Assembly (NCBI GenBank): GCA_054600435.1
Contig: BAAIJX010000041.1
Coordinates: 124,001-188,000 of the forward strand
Direction: 5' to 3'
From: Neophaeotheca triangularis
Lineage: Eukaryota
Length of the DNA stretch: 64,000 bases
The position numbers and the translations under genes were made by a program. Shown piece by piece: positions 38,965-51,819 of the stretch (the first letter of the stretch is position 1; each line of letters opens with the position of its first letter). Under the pieces are notes generated by a model. That model searched no databases, had not been told where the DNA came from, and was given only the letters and a program-made list of their open reading frames with translations.

Positions 38965-39711
38965 TAGCAGCATCCATGCCCACTTTCTCCCGACTCGAGT
39001 CCTGTGCGACCTTCGAGAGACGAAAGCGAAGCCGCAGCCCCCTTGGGTCCCAAACGCCCAAGATCACACGCCCGCAATCGCAAGCTTCCAGATATGGAGA
39101 GTGGTCGACCAGTAGATGCAATACCTCATCGGCCTCTCACCCGCCTCCTTCCAGGCCCTGGCTAAGAAGAGAGAGAGATTTTCTCATGACCCCCCGGCTA
39201 CAGCCAGTCGGCCACGGCGCCACAACACCAACGTCCCGACCGATACGACGCCCTATACCGTTTCTTCAAACGCAGGTACATGCGGTTTGGTAGCTTTGGG
39301 GATCGGTCAAACCGGCCAGCCTGATCCTACTTCTTCCTGGCCTATTTGACGGCAACGCGAGGGGATCGCCGTGGGGCATTGGAATCCTGAAGTTTGTGAA
39401 ACTGCGTCATTGGCTCAAAACAATCTGATTGCCGTGTTGGGCTCGCTGCACCCGACTGCCCGCGATCAAGGACGAGATTAGGGGTCGGAGTGGGCCGCGG
39501 CTTGGTCGGTGTCTGGTGTTTGATTTGCGGCGACACGGCTCGTCACCGCGATAGTATGCGCACTCGACATGAATGAGATGCTTGAGAACGATAAGGGCAC
39601 AATTCAGATAGTGAGGACCGAGACAAGACACAGGACGAGAAGGAAGTTATCACAAAACCATTCGCTACGCTAGAAGAAAAACATTTGCCAAAAAGACTCA
39701 CCCTCCGGTCC

Positions 39712-41548
39712 TCATAACCCCACCCCCTTATCCTCGCCATCTACCCCCTTATCCCTTCCCTCCCCCACCCTCCCCTCCTCCACCACCCCCACCTCCCCCC
39801 CTTCTTTCCCCTCTCCCCCCCTCTCCCCCCCAAACTCCAAATCCCGCCCCTCATCAGCACGATCCTCAATCTTGACCCAAATCACAGGCAACGCTACCAG
39901 CAAACTCCCCGCCAGAATCCCCCAACAACTCGCAAACATGGTCATGTACTCTGGCGCATTCTCCAGCCCGTCGAGGCGCCAGGTCACCGCCGCGCCGGCC
40001 GATTGGATGCCCTTGTAGAACCCGGCGAAATTGGCGAGTTTGCGGCTGTTGTTTGTTGTGGCGCCCATGAACCTGCGGAGAGGAGAGAAAAGGGCAGCGG
40101 GGTTAGTGAAGCTGTGCTGGGCTGGGCTGGGCTGGGCTGGGCTTGCTGCGGAAGTGTTTGGGGGGTTAGGTACTCACCAGTATACCATGGTCTGCCACAC
40201 GGCGTCGTACATGCCGTAGAAAATGTACAGGAACATTGGGCCGGCGTAGCCGGCGTGGGTCCAGTCCATTTTGACGTATGCGGCATCTGGCGGGACGTCT
40301 GGGGCGGTGCCGGCGGAGATTTCGGCCCGGGTGTAGCCTTTTTGGAACTCGTAGCCGCCGCCCCAGACGACCATTGTCAGGGCGAGGAGGCTGGCCCAGG
40401 CGGCGCGGGCGCGGATGGTGCGGCGTACGCCGTGCAGGTCGAGGAGGTAGCCGGCGATGGTGGCGCCGAGCATTTGGGATAACCAGTAGAGGACGTTGTT
40501 GAGGGCGCGGGTACGGGTGTTGAAGTAGGCGAGGTTGACGTCGTTGAAGTGGTAGACGTAAAAGTAGTTTGAGGCGAAGAACATGGGGAAGAGGAGGACG
40601 ACGTAGGGGTCGCTGAAGAGGGTTTGCCAGATGCCGAGGAGTTCGGTTTTCCAGCTGGGGTGTTTGGCGACGATGACGCGGGTGTTGTCGTAGCGGAGGA
40701 CGTTTTTGGCATCGGTGAGGGTGAAGGCGAGGGCGGCTCCCAGGGCTGTGAGGATGATGAAGCCCACGTAGGTGCCGTCGGAGACGGAGGAGTTGGTCGT
40801 GGTGTTGATGTTTTGCCCGAGAGGGACGAGTGAGCCGATGACGCCGCCCAGGTTGAAGATGATCCAGAACCAGGCAATGTAGCGACCCTTTGAGTTTTCC
40901 GGGGGGTAGGCCATCATGATGGCGCCTTGGGCGCTCCAAAGGATACCGGCGCAGCAGCCGAGGAAGAAGCCTGCAAAGACCATGAAGCCGAAGTTGGCCG
41001 TGTGATTGTAGCAGAGGTAGGAGGCGACATAGATACAGTAGCCCAGGCCGCCGAGGGAGAGGGAGCGTTTGATTCCCAGCACGTTGGTTACGGTGCCGGC
41101 GAAGAAGCCTACGACGGCAAAGGTCGAATAGAGGGCTGTATTGGAGGCATTGCTGGCTTCGGAGGAGAGTTGACCACCGCCTCCCAGACCTTTTGATACA
41201 TATGTGGGTTAGATTGATGAGACTCTGAGGGACGTGAGGGATCGGCTGTATAGTTACCATTCACGGCGTTGAACATGCTTTGGCACAACGTTGCAAAGTT
41301 AGCAAAGGCAAATCCTATATACAATAACTTTGCGCATGGAAACCTCCTCACCCGGGACATAGGAAGCAGACCATGGCGACCAAAAGCAACTGCATTTGCG
41401 GGCTGGCGTAGTATGGTATCGTGAGTGGTCCCAGTTTGATATCTCTGTACCGCCACCCAGCCGGCCGAGCATTCCCACTCTCAGCCTGCTCACCGAGCGA
41501 CTCGGACGGCGAGTGCATCTCGTAGGCCTCGGCCGTCTTTCCCTCCAT
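39712..41548 (-). CDS. ngt1: UNC-93-like MFS transporter, Ngt1-type GlcNAc transporter (4 exons, including a 20-nt micro-exon 41258-41277)
   Basis: CFLCPGMFNAVNGLGGGGQ, LWSAQGAIMMAYP, FWIIFNLGGVIGS, LFPMFFASN, RTRALNNVLYW, AGFYKGIQSAGAAV resemble the Ngt1/UNC-93 family as recalled; paralogues exist, so orthology is unproven. Confidence 0.78.
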
Positions 41549-43107
41549 GATGCTGGTGTACACAGTATAACCAAAGAGAAAGTTCGAGGAAGAAGTAGGT
41601 GATCCCCGGGGGGAGGGGAGGTGGTGGAATCAGCCGCTAGTTCAATTCTCTCATCAGCATATTGCGACTGGAAATTGTAGAACAATAATTATAATAAATA
41701 ATTCCTCAAAAGTAAAAGCAAAGAGAACTGAGAGCAGGCGATAGGGATAGCGTGGGTACTATGGCTATCAAGTGAGAAAGTACCATCGCCTACCTTACCC
41801 TTACCTCCCCGGTCAGTAATCATGCGGTCTCACTGATAAGTACTACTACCTCCTACTACTACTACTAGCCATCTTCTTGGTATCCATCACCTGCACGATT
41901 CCATTCGCGCTCCCGATCCCTTGCGTCGTCTTAGAAACATGCACGCATTTGCTTCGCCACAACAGTACAGTAGATACTAACAAGTACCTCATGCAGCGCG
42001 AGCAGATGCATGGATGGCGATTCCTTCGAAACCCGCCTTATCGGAAAGAATTGAACTCAAGGTACTTGTACTTGTAGACTCGACTAACTTATTAGTTAGC
42101 TCGGAATCCAAGACTTCCCGTCCATGTTCCTCCACGCTTTCTCCTCCACGTGTCCCCGCGTGCACACCTAAACCTACGGTACCTACCTAGTGGACGTTAT
42201 CAACTGCCCTGCATCCTTGGACGCTAGGCCTTTCCAGACTTCCTCCCCATCCATCCATCCATCCATCTCCACGTCTCTGATAGTACAGTAACCGTGCGAA
42301 CGTGACACCGACTCCTCCCACCCCATGCAAGCACACAGCTGCTACAGCATGGTGCGGCTGAGACGCATACCGCCTTGATAGGACAGACACCTGACAGTGC
42401 CTATGCAGCTGCCGGCTCATTGGAATTCCACATTGCTACCGGACCTTTGCGGGTTCAGTAGTGTGACCCGTCCACGCATACCACTCTTGACCCTACCGAG
42501 ACGAGCCTGCATTTCCATGCTACCCTCCAAAGCCCAGTGCGTGCCATCTCGGCCATCAGTCCATTGCTCTCCAGCTCTCCAACTCTCACCTGGCTTCTTC
42601 GACTCCCTTTGCCGCGGATGGGTGGGGGTTTGTGATTGTTGAAGTTGGAGCTGGATGGATCGGGTGTACAATGTTCTTGTTTTTGCCCGGCTTGTATACC
42701 TTACTGCCTTTTTTGGTCTGTCAAGAGTAGTAGTGTCGACATTGATAGAGTAGACGGGCGGAACGTTTGGCTACTCAAGGTACTAAGTGCAATGCTTTAG
42801 TATGTGGGTAGAGTAGCTGTCGCAAATCGGGATAATGCGAATTTAGTTTGTATGCAGCAACGGGCCTTCGAAATCTCGCTCGCTCGTCGGCAGGGTATGA
42901 AGCGACTTCATCCCCTACCAGTCGATCGATGCCACGCCGTATTATACCACTTCCAGCCATCTTCGCAATCGCAGTCGCAATTTAAAAGATCAGGGGTATC
43001 ATCCTCAACGGCTAACCCATCGCCGCCGCCGCTACGCCGTGAACAACGCCTCGCTCCCAAGGAAAACCCTTATCAAACAGCCAGAAAAAGAAGGAGAAGG
43101 GAAAACG

Positions 43108-43939
43108 CTATGCAGCACCCTCGCCCTCGCCCTCGCCCCCTGCCCCTCCCTGATACTTCTCCCCAGCACTCCTGAACAATTCCTCTTGCGCGCGGATCAG
43201 TTCCTCATTGGTCATACCCGACTGCTCGATCTTGGTCTGCTTGCGCTCGCGATGCTGCGGTAAAAGGTCCCACGTCAGATAAAAGTCAACCCCCAACCCG
43301 CACGCCCAAACCAGCCAGTGCCCACAGACACAACGTCATGGGGGAACAAACTCACCACTTGCGTACTCTTAAACCCATCCGCCACCCTCAGCACCTCCCC
43401 GACATACTCGCCGAACCCCAAATCCTCCAAAGCTTTTGTGATGTGCTCACACGCTATCGTCTTTTTCGCATCCTTCTCCGCAATCTCATTCGCTTCGGCG
43501 GAAATCATCGTGATGAATTCGACACAGCACTCGATCAGCAAGTCGCGCGTTTCTTTGGCGAAATTCATGCTCGGGGTGGTGTTGTTTTCCGTGTTGGTGG
43601 GAGCGGAGAGGATCTCGGAGACGATTTTGCTGACCGTGGCTGGCAACGTGTTAGTGCGGGCTGCGAGGTGGTCGGCGAGATAGGTTTTTCTGTTTCCAGC
43701 AGGGTTGCGGTTGTATATTGTGGTCACCATGGGGTGGGGGAGGGGATGGGATGGTGGTGGTGACGTGGATGTTGGTGATGGCTTACCTTTGGGGAGGGAG
43801 AGGTCTTCGTTGCCTGTGTTACGGTATTGTTAGCGAGATGGTATAGGTGGTGCTTCCTTGGAGCGATCGCTGCGCTTTCCGTAGGTGTATGGTTGCGACA
43901 GAGGTGGTGCTTCTTACCTCCGAATTCCTTGTCGGACAT
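43108..43939 (-). CDS. NCB2: Negative cofactor 2 beta subunit (DR1/Ncb2), 4 exons
   Basis: Splices to MSDKEFG-NEDLSLPK-ATVSKIVSEIL...KETRDLLIECCVEFITMISAEANEIAEKDAKKTIACEHI...EELIRAQEELFRSA. Confidence 0.93.
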
Positions 43940-44437
43940 GGCTGTGGCAGTGTTGGCGAGAGTATTTTGTTAGCTAGGTATGAGTGTAAGTTTGAGTGTT
44001 AGGAGCTTGTGGTCGCTGTTGGGCGAATACACAAAAGATGGTGGGTTATGTAGTAGATTGAACAGTGACGCAGCTGGACATTGACATTCACATGTCCAGA
44101 TCTTTCCAATCTCACTCACATCAGACGGACGACGAAAGAGACGCGACGGGGCTGCGGGTGGCAGGCTTGGCAGGTTATCAGGTAGTAGCTCGCTCGCTGA
44201 CACGACACACGGGAAAGCCAAGACTTCTGCCCGCCGGCTTGGTCTGTGCCAGCCAATGCGAGCTGCCTTTTTGTCGCTCTTTAAATCTTCCAAATTCCTT
44301 CTTCCTTGCGCAAACAACAACACCATTCATCAATCCCAACAACCTCACCTCCCTTCATAGGTTGTAATTGCCGTGAGGAGGTGTCACAGTAGATGGTGAG
44401 TACAGTCTGCTTCCTTCCCTCTCCCCCTGCAACTCGA

Positions 44438-44548
44438 ATGATGACAAGTTGTCGCCCCTATCATTACCTTCGGGCTTATGCCTTCATGGTGATTGACTTG
44501 TCTAGCCAAAGGACCGACTGATTTCCTGCCATTTTCTTCTTGATCTGA
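44438..44548 (+). ncRNA. Candidate box C/D snoRNA inside an intron (44396-44594) of an apparently non-coding host transcript
   Basis: Box C ATGATGA 44438-44444; CTGA at 44518 and 44545; enclosing GTGAGT donor, GCTAAT branch and TAG acceptor; no credible ORF around it. Confidence 0.55.
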
Positions 44549-45218
44549 TGAATATACCCACTGCGTGCTCTGGCTAATACTGTTACGCGCATAGATTTTC
44601 CCAAGCGCTCCCTTCGGATCGCAACGTCAAATTCTGGGCTCTCGCGAGTTGGTGTAACACAGTAGACACTCCTTCACATGGCCTACACATCGAACCCGCG
44701 CGTCGACCTCGCTAGCTACAATACGGGCAGTATTCAGTACGGGAGCGACCAAAAGAGGACGGGTCTAAAAATACTAGGTACGGTAGCCGCCTCCTCCAGC
44801 AACAACACCCCTTGCAATGATGAACAAAACAAATGTACTATCAAATACCGATCTACAATGACGATCAAATTGGTTCGATTACCTGAAAAACATTCTTCTC
44901 CACACTACACTGCGGCAATTACATTCCGGAGCATCACTGACGTTGCTCGATAGGTAGGTTTGCGCAAAACTAAATCCCAAGTCTATTCAAACTCTTCCAC
45001 GTAAGTATATTCTCCACGATCTTTCCCACCGCCACCAAAATGATGCCAAAAAACATTCCATGCTAAACCTGAAGACCCGCTGGGTCTCATGTTGATCAAA
45101 ATGTATAAGCTTTTCATCTTTCGACTGATTCCAAACCCATCCTTGTTCATTGAGCTTCCATGCACTTTCAAGGGCCTCCAACTGACGCTGTATCCCGTCT
45201 AGTTAATCCCGGTCATTC

Positions 45219-45977
45219 TCAATCTTGAAAAGCTGCCAACTCGTCGGCGTTCCACGATAGAAACTTTCCGCTCAAAACTTTGGGCGCATGCAATACCAAC
45301 TTCGCCATGACATGCCCTGGCTGCTCTGGTTTCAACAATCCTCCCGTCTGTTTCAATTCCGCGAACTTAGCAGCATCTTTCTCGTCCATAGCAGTACTGT
45401 GCTTTTCTCGTATATCCATTTGCATCTCCGTGTCAACGACACCAGGTCGCACGCTGACAGTCGTCACGTCCTTCTCTTCATTACCAAGTGACATGGCAAG
45501 ATGGTTCATAGCTGCCTTGGAAGCGCCATAGGCACCCCAACCAGCGTAGGCATTGCTCGCAGCTCCAGATGAAGTGAAGATGATGGCGCCCTTGGTCTTT
45601 CGCAGCGCCGGTAGAGCAGCTTCCGTCATAGCGACTGCAGAGAAAAAGTTGACATCGAACGCTTTGCGCCATGCTTCTGCAGACGATTCGGCAACGCGCT
45701 GTACAGGATCAAGCACGCCATGGTTGACTATCAAGCCATCGACGCGGTCAAACTTTTCCCGCGCAAGCTCTACTGCTTTCTTCCCTAAGGAAAAGTCCGC
45801 GAGATCTCCAGAGAGTACGCCAACTTGTCCCGGGTATTTGGTCTCGAGCTCTTTCAAAGGACCTTCGCTGCGTGCGAGTACGACTACTTTGTGGTTTGCT
45901 TTGAGGAGGTAATGGGCAATGGCCAGGCCGATGCCTCGAGAGGCGCCTGTGAGGATTATGACTTTTTGGCCAGCCAT
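45219..45977 (-). CDS. Short-chain dehydrogenase/reductase (Irc24/benzil-reductase-like)
   Basis: TGASRGIG cofactor motif, YGASK catalytic motif, RPGVVDTEMQ; ATG at 45977. Confidence 0.9.
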   Translation of the reverse strand: MAGQKVIILTGASRGIGLAIAHYLLKANHKVVVLARSEGPLKELETKYPGQVGVLSGDLADFSLGKKAVELAREKFDRVDGLIVNHGVLDPVQRVAESSAEAWRKAFDVNFFSAVAMTEAALPALRKTKGAIIFTSSGAASNAYAGWGAYGASKAAMNHLAMSLGNEEKDVTTVSVRPGVVDTEMQMDIREKHSTAMDEKDAAKFAELKQTGGLLKPEQPGHVMAKLVLHAPKVLSGKFLSWNADELAAFQD

Positions 45978-46350
45978 GTTTCGACAGATTCGCTGCTGAG
46001 AGGGTGGTGTGATGCGGTGTACAGTATCGTGGGAGCTCACGCGGGCGGGATGAAATTCCCAAGACTGCCCCTCCATCGGGCGCGATCCGTGTCTTGCGAC
46101 CCCGCAGCTTGCAGCATCACAAGGACGTGGCTTTGGCGTCAAATGGGGGTTTCTTGGATTCGTCTACGACCACCACTCGCTGCTTTACCGGCTGAGCTGT
46201 CCTAGAACATCACGAGTACCTGAGTACTGGGCAGTAGAAGCGATCAAGTTAAGTTCGTTCCATTGCCTTCCCCACTCTACAAATGGAGTGCTTCCCTTCC
46301 CGTCAAGCCCTCTATCTTCCTTCCTCAGAGTAAAAGAAAACCATTCCACC

Positions 46351-47844
46351 ATGGACGGCACCAACGAAGACCCCAACGACCTCGCCCGCAACACTTCTAT
46401 CTTCCAACCCGCCGTCGATGAGAACAGCACCGTCATCATCGGTGCCGGCATCATTGGTTGCGCAACCGCTTATTATCTCTCCCAAAACCCCGACGTTAGA
46501 CCCGATACCATCCACCTTGTAGAAGCCGCCCCTGAACTCTTTGCCTCAGCTTCAGGCAAGGCTGCAGGTTTTTGCGCACCTGATTGTACGCTCGCACCCA
46601 CCTAATTTTCTTGCTTTTGCGTTCCTCTTTCGCTCTTTGCTTTGCTCACGCGGCTCGCAGGGTTCGCACCGCCCACGGCCTCCCTAGGCGAGCTCTCGTT
46701 TCGTTTGCACCAGGAACTCGCGGCTGAGCATGGCGGCCGCGAGAAATGGGGTTACAGCAGGAGTACGGGGACGAGTTTCACCGAGGGCCGCGGGAGTGCT
46801 AGTTCTAGCAATGACTGGATGAAAGACGGTGCCAGTCGTGCGGAAATCGCGAGCAAGCATGAATTCGTTGGAGAGGAGGCTGGGCCGACTTGGTTGATGC
46901 GGAGGGAGGGGGATCGAATGGAAGTTCTCAGCGAGGAAGGGGGTGTAGCACAAGTGTGAGTCGGAACCACGCCACAAAACGGCCTCGAAGCCGACATATC
47001 TGACCCCCACTTCCACCCCAGCGACCCTCTCCGCCTCTCCCAGTTCCTCCTCCGCACTTCCCTCCGTCGAGGCGTCCGCTTCCACAACCCAGCAACCCCC
47101 ATCCGCCTCCAACGCGACTCGGAAAACAAGCTAAGCGGCCTCCGCCTCCGGCACACAGGCAGCGGCGCCGATTTCAAAATCCCTTGCACGCGCCTCGTAA
47201 TCGCAGCCGGAGCCTGGTCGACCCGCGTCTTCGAAACCCTCTTCCCAACCTCCGGTCTCGAGCTCGGCGTAAGCGGTTTCGCGGGCTACAGCATCGTCGT
47301 CCGCTCGCCGCGGTGGGAAGGGGAAGACACCACGCCCGCACCTCCATCATCCTCTTCACCAGAAACCGCCGCCGGCGACCGAGCCTGCCACGCAGTCTTC
47401 ACAACCAGCCCCTCCGGTTTCAGCCCTGAGCTCTTCTCCCGTCTCAACGGCGAAATCTACCTCGCGGGCTTAAACGACGCCTCGCTCCCCCTGCCCTCGC
47501 TCCCCACTACCTCCCCCCCGGATCCCGCGAAACTCCAGCAGTTGAAAACGACAGCTTCCCGCCTCCTCGGCCGCGACAACGAACCGGAACTAGACGTTTT
47601 GAAGGAGGGGCTGTGTTTCCGTCCCGTGACTGACAGCGGGCAGCCCGTCATTGCGAGGTTGGATGAAGAGGAATTGGGGGGTTTGGGCACGAGGGGTGGA
47701 AGGGAAGGGGGCGTTTTCGTCGCTGCGGGGCATGGGCCTTGGGGGATTAGTCTGGGGTTGGGAACGGGATTGGTCGTTGCGGAGATGGTTGAGGGAATGG
47801 AGATGGCGGGGTTGAGTGCTGATTTGGGGGGTTTGGGGGTTTGA
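46351..47844 (+). CDS. FAD-dependent oxidoreductase, DAO family (Tda3/Btn3-like), 2 introns
   Basis: VIIGAGIIG FAD motif, ASASGKAAGF, GLCFRPVT, AAGHGPWGISLGLGTG. Confidence 0.88.
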
Positions 47845-49127
47845 GAGATGCTTTCTCGAACAGCGAAGGGTTATAAATGGGATGGGGGGGGGGGAGGTGA
47901 CTCGTGGAGTTTCCGCACTTGCGATTTGAGCTTTTCGTATCAGTGCGAGGTACTCCCCAGCGTCTTCTCTACTCTTGGTCCTATAGCATGGTTCATGGGA
48001 TCTCGAACGGTGGAATAGCAGGTTCTGGATTCCAGGGATTAGGGATTCATGATCCTTTTAGTATGGTTCTAACATTGCACACCTACGACCATCATTCACG
48101 ACCAACCAGCTCCTAAACAGCGAGCGCAGACTGTGCTAAAACGGCTTCTGTGATCGAGGGATAATCGGTGCAAAAACGACTCGTTTTGCTGCCTCGATCC
48201 CGAGAGCCAATGTGTCGGTATCGCTGTCGTACCGCCGCGCATTCCCACGGCGACAACGAGACCGCCTCCACTGTGCGCGATGAAGACGAGGCCGTGGCTT
48301 CCGGTGCTCCGCTTCGTTTTATCCAGTCGGCACGTCTTGAGGTTGCAAGAACTGCACTCCTGATGCCGTATCGTCGGCTGTACACTAGTTTTGAGCAGCG
48401 GCCTTGTCGGGACGAGTCTCGGTGTCGTTGGTGGGTTTTGTTTTGGCAGTCACTCGCGGCTAGGAGGGAGGCGAGAATAGTTGCGCTCAGCTTGAAGTCA
48501 ACGGGTATTGTGTGCTGTCTGGTCAAGCGCAAGTGGAAGTAGGCGAAAGGGTGGTTGACGGAGACTTGAACACCAAGCGCCTACATCACCGGTCGAGGAT
48601 GACCAGTTCGTAATCGATGGTCATTGCCAAAGAACGGGATGCACCTGGACGTGAGAACGTATTCCTTAGGCTCGCCCATCACCGTAGATTCGATCGCATT
48701 CAGTTGATCTTTCTAAAGCAACGACATTTTGGCCGCTTGTGCTGGTATTCTAGCCCTACTGTCAGCTCATCAGGGCGTTCGAGGGGCTACCTTTTGCTGC
48801 CGTTGGGGAATGAATCGATGTGATTTCTACCTACTAACTCGGGCGATCCCCAAGCAAAGCCCGCGGCATAGGGCCTACGTCGAGACTCATCCTCGGGAAA
48901 GAATCGATGAGTTCATGGATTGAACTCTCAAGCAACCATGATAGCTAACGGCGACAGATTGCACGCTGTTTCCACCTCGACGGCTCAGCGAGAAGCAAGA
49001 GCTTATAACTCGGAATCTACCTGACAAGTCTCTCTGAGAACGATGCCTATAGCCTCGCCAAGCAAAATGCCAAGCACGCCCAAGCCTTCGTTAGACTGGC
49101 GGATAGTGAACGACTAAGGTACCTTAT

Positions 49128-49279
49128 TGTTGTAATGAGCCGTACTGCGCAGCACGTGACGGATGCCTAAGGCAGAAGCTGCAGAAGCCGCAACCTGTCT
49201 TTACAGGCTTTGCTATAAAGTACCTAGTTTAGTCCTTAGTAATCAATTAATCGAGTTCGTACCGCTATATATCATAATA
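49128..49279 (+). repeat. 5' LTR (about 152 bp) of the copia element
   Basis: Starts TGTTG, ends ..ATA (RIP of ..ACA), immediately followed by PBS GGTTATAAGCCC (49280-49291; RIP of GGTTATGAGCCC). Confidence 0.75.
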
Positions 49280-51819
49280 GGTTATAAGCCCGGCATATTA
49301 ATCCGTATAAGCGAGTACGAAACTAGCTAATTACGATTCCTAGGATAACTATCTCTAGTTAAACAAAATAGATACGAATAATAAGGGAGCTAAGGATAAT
49401 AAGATCCTTAAGAAGAACATAACCTTTAGTATCTAGGAGGCTATCCTAAAGAGTAAGCTACTTAATAAGGACTATCTTAACTATATGTTTTATAACCTTA
49501 AATAGCTACTAAGGGTAGTCTAATTACTAATATCTATAATAGATACTATAGTTAAGTTCTATAAGAAAGATATACTTATATATAGTATTATTATAGAAAG
49601 GCTATTAGACGAATATAGGCCTAACTATAGTATATTATATAAGATAGCTTATAAGCTATTTAAGTATATTAAATCTATCTACTAGCCTAATATTATAATT
49701 ACCCTCTATAAGGCTATCTCTAACCTCTATAGTATTAAGCTATAGGGAATAAACATCCTAAAGTATTACTAGGAGTTTATAGTAACTTATTAGACCTTTA
49801 AGAGAGCTATAGACTAGTAGGTTACTCTAAGGAACTAGACTAATATAGGAAGCATTAGTCTCCTAGATAACTACATTAAGATTCTCTTTAAAGGGGGAAC
49901 TCTAAATATAGAGTAGCTTAGGACTTAGAGATATAATAACCTCCCTTAGAGCGGGAAATACTTAGAGGATATAATTACTAGCCTTAGGTCTAAGGCCCTA
50001 CCTCCTCTATCTTAGTAATAGAGAAGGATATAGGGGTTTATAGATATAGCAAAAGACAATATCTATACCTAATATAATTACTACTAATATACTAATACTA
50101 AATGCTTTAAGTAGTACCTAGAGTAAGTACCTAAATAGTATAAGAAAGGTAAGGATAGTAAGAAGGATAGGTAGGAGGGGAAGAAGAAGGATATAGGGAA
50201 GAATAAGAATACTAAGTCTACTAAGAAGAAGGGGAGAAAAGCTACTATAGCTATTAATAATAGTAATAATAGTAATACTAAGTTAATCTTATCCCTATCT
50301 TTAAGAGGTATAGTAAGTATTACTCTATCTCTCTCTATAGTATTATAAGCTATAGTACTAGAAATCACTATTATTTTAGACTCTAGATTATCCTTCTCTT
50401 TCTTTAATAAGCTTAAGTATTTTTAAGATATTAAGCCCCTTAAGAAGCTAATTACCTTTAGCTAAGCTATTAGATAGGTCTCTATTACCTACTTAGGGAT
50501 AGTTAAGCTTTCCCTTAAGTACTATAATAAGATCTTTAGTATTACCCTAAAGAATATCTTATACTCCCTAGGATCCTCTACTAACCTAATTTATATAGAT
50601 ATACTATACTAGAAGTATAGGATTGCTCTAGATAGATATACTAATAAGCTAAGGTCTAATAAAAGCACTATTAGGATAGTAAAGCAAGTTTATAAGGTAG
50701 ATATTATATAGGATATTAAAATCCTTCTACTACCTTAGTAATAAAGCTTATTATTAATAGTAGTAGCTATACTAAGATTACTAGTAGTACTAGTAGTATT
50801 AGGGCTAAGGGTAGATATAACTAGATAGTACTAAAGACTAGGCTATATTAATAGTAATATTCTTAATACTACTAAATAACATATAACTAGGCTTAAAGTA
50901 GTAGATACTATAGCCCTAAGCTACTATAAGGTCTATAAACTCTTAAAGTCTTAAAGGGTTATCTTAAGAACCCTAAGAGTAAGGGCTAGTTAAGCCCTAG
51001 ATAAGATATATGTTAATATAGTTAGCCCTATTACACTAACCTCTAACATTAGTCTAAGGTACATTATCTTCCTAATAGATTCTAAAACTAGGTTTAGGTA
51101 GCCTCTCTTTATAAGAAACAAAAGTAAGGCACTATTACTTATTAGGAATTTTATAGTAAGAACTATAAATGCCTATAACAAGGTACTAAAGATATAGTTC
51201 TCTAATAATAGTAGGGAGTTTATTAACTATAATTTAATTACTATAGTATAGTAGATAGGGATAAGATAGGACATCTTAAGCCTAAAGACTCCTAAATAGA
51301 ATAGTATTATAGATTTATCTAATAAAACTTTCTTAGCTAAAGCTAGGGTAATAATAATTAACTCTAGTATTCCTAGAGATCTCTAGCCCTTAGCTATAAA
51401 CTATATAACCTATATTACTAATATAGTCTATAACCTTAGGACTAAGAAGATCCCCCTATAATACCTTAAAGAGGATTTAGGGGTTTCTAAGGACTAGACT
51501 ATTAACCTCTCTAACCTTAGAAAATTTAGCTATAAAGTATTCCTATATAACTAAAATAGGATTACCTTAAAAAAGTTTACCCTAAGAGCTACTATCTACT
51601 AGTTTATAGGATTCTAAGATAACTCTACTACTAACTACCTCTTAATAATACTAACTAGATAGGGCCTATTTAGTATTATTTAGAGCCTATATATAACCTT
51701 TAATAAGGATACTTACTTTAAGCCTATTTAGGCTCCTATAGTTTAAGGAGAATAGTTAGCCCTTTATATCCTAAGGCTTTAGGAGAACTTTAATAGCCTA
51801 TAATAAGAGTAGTAATAAT

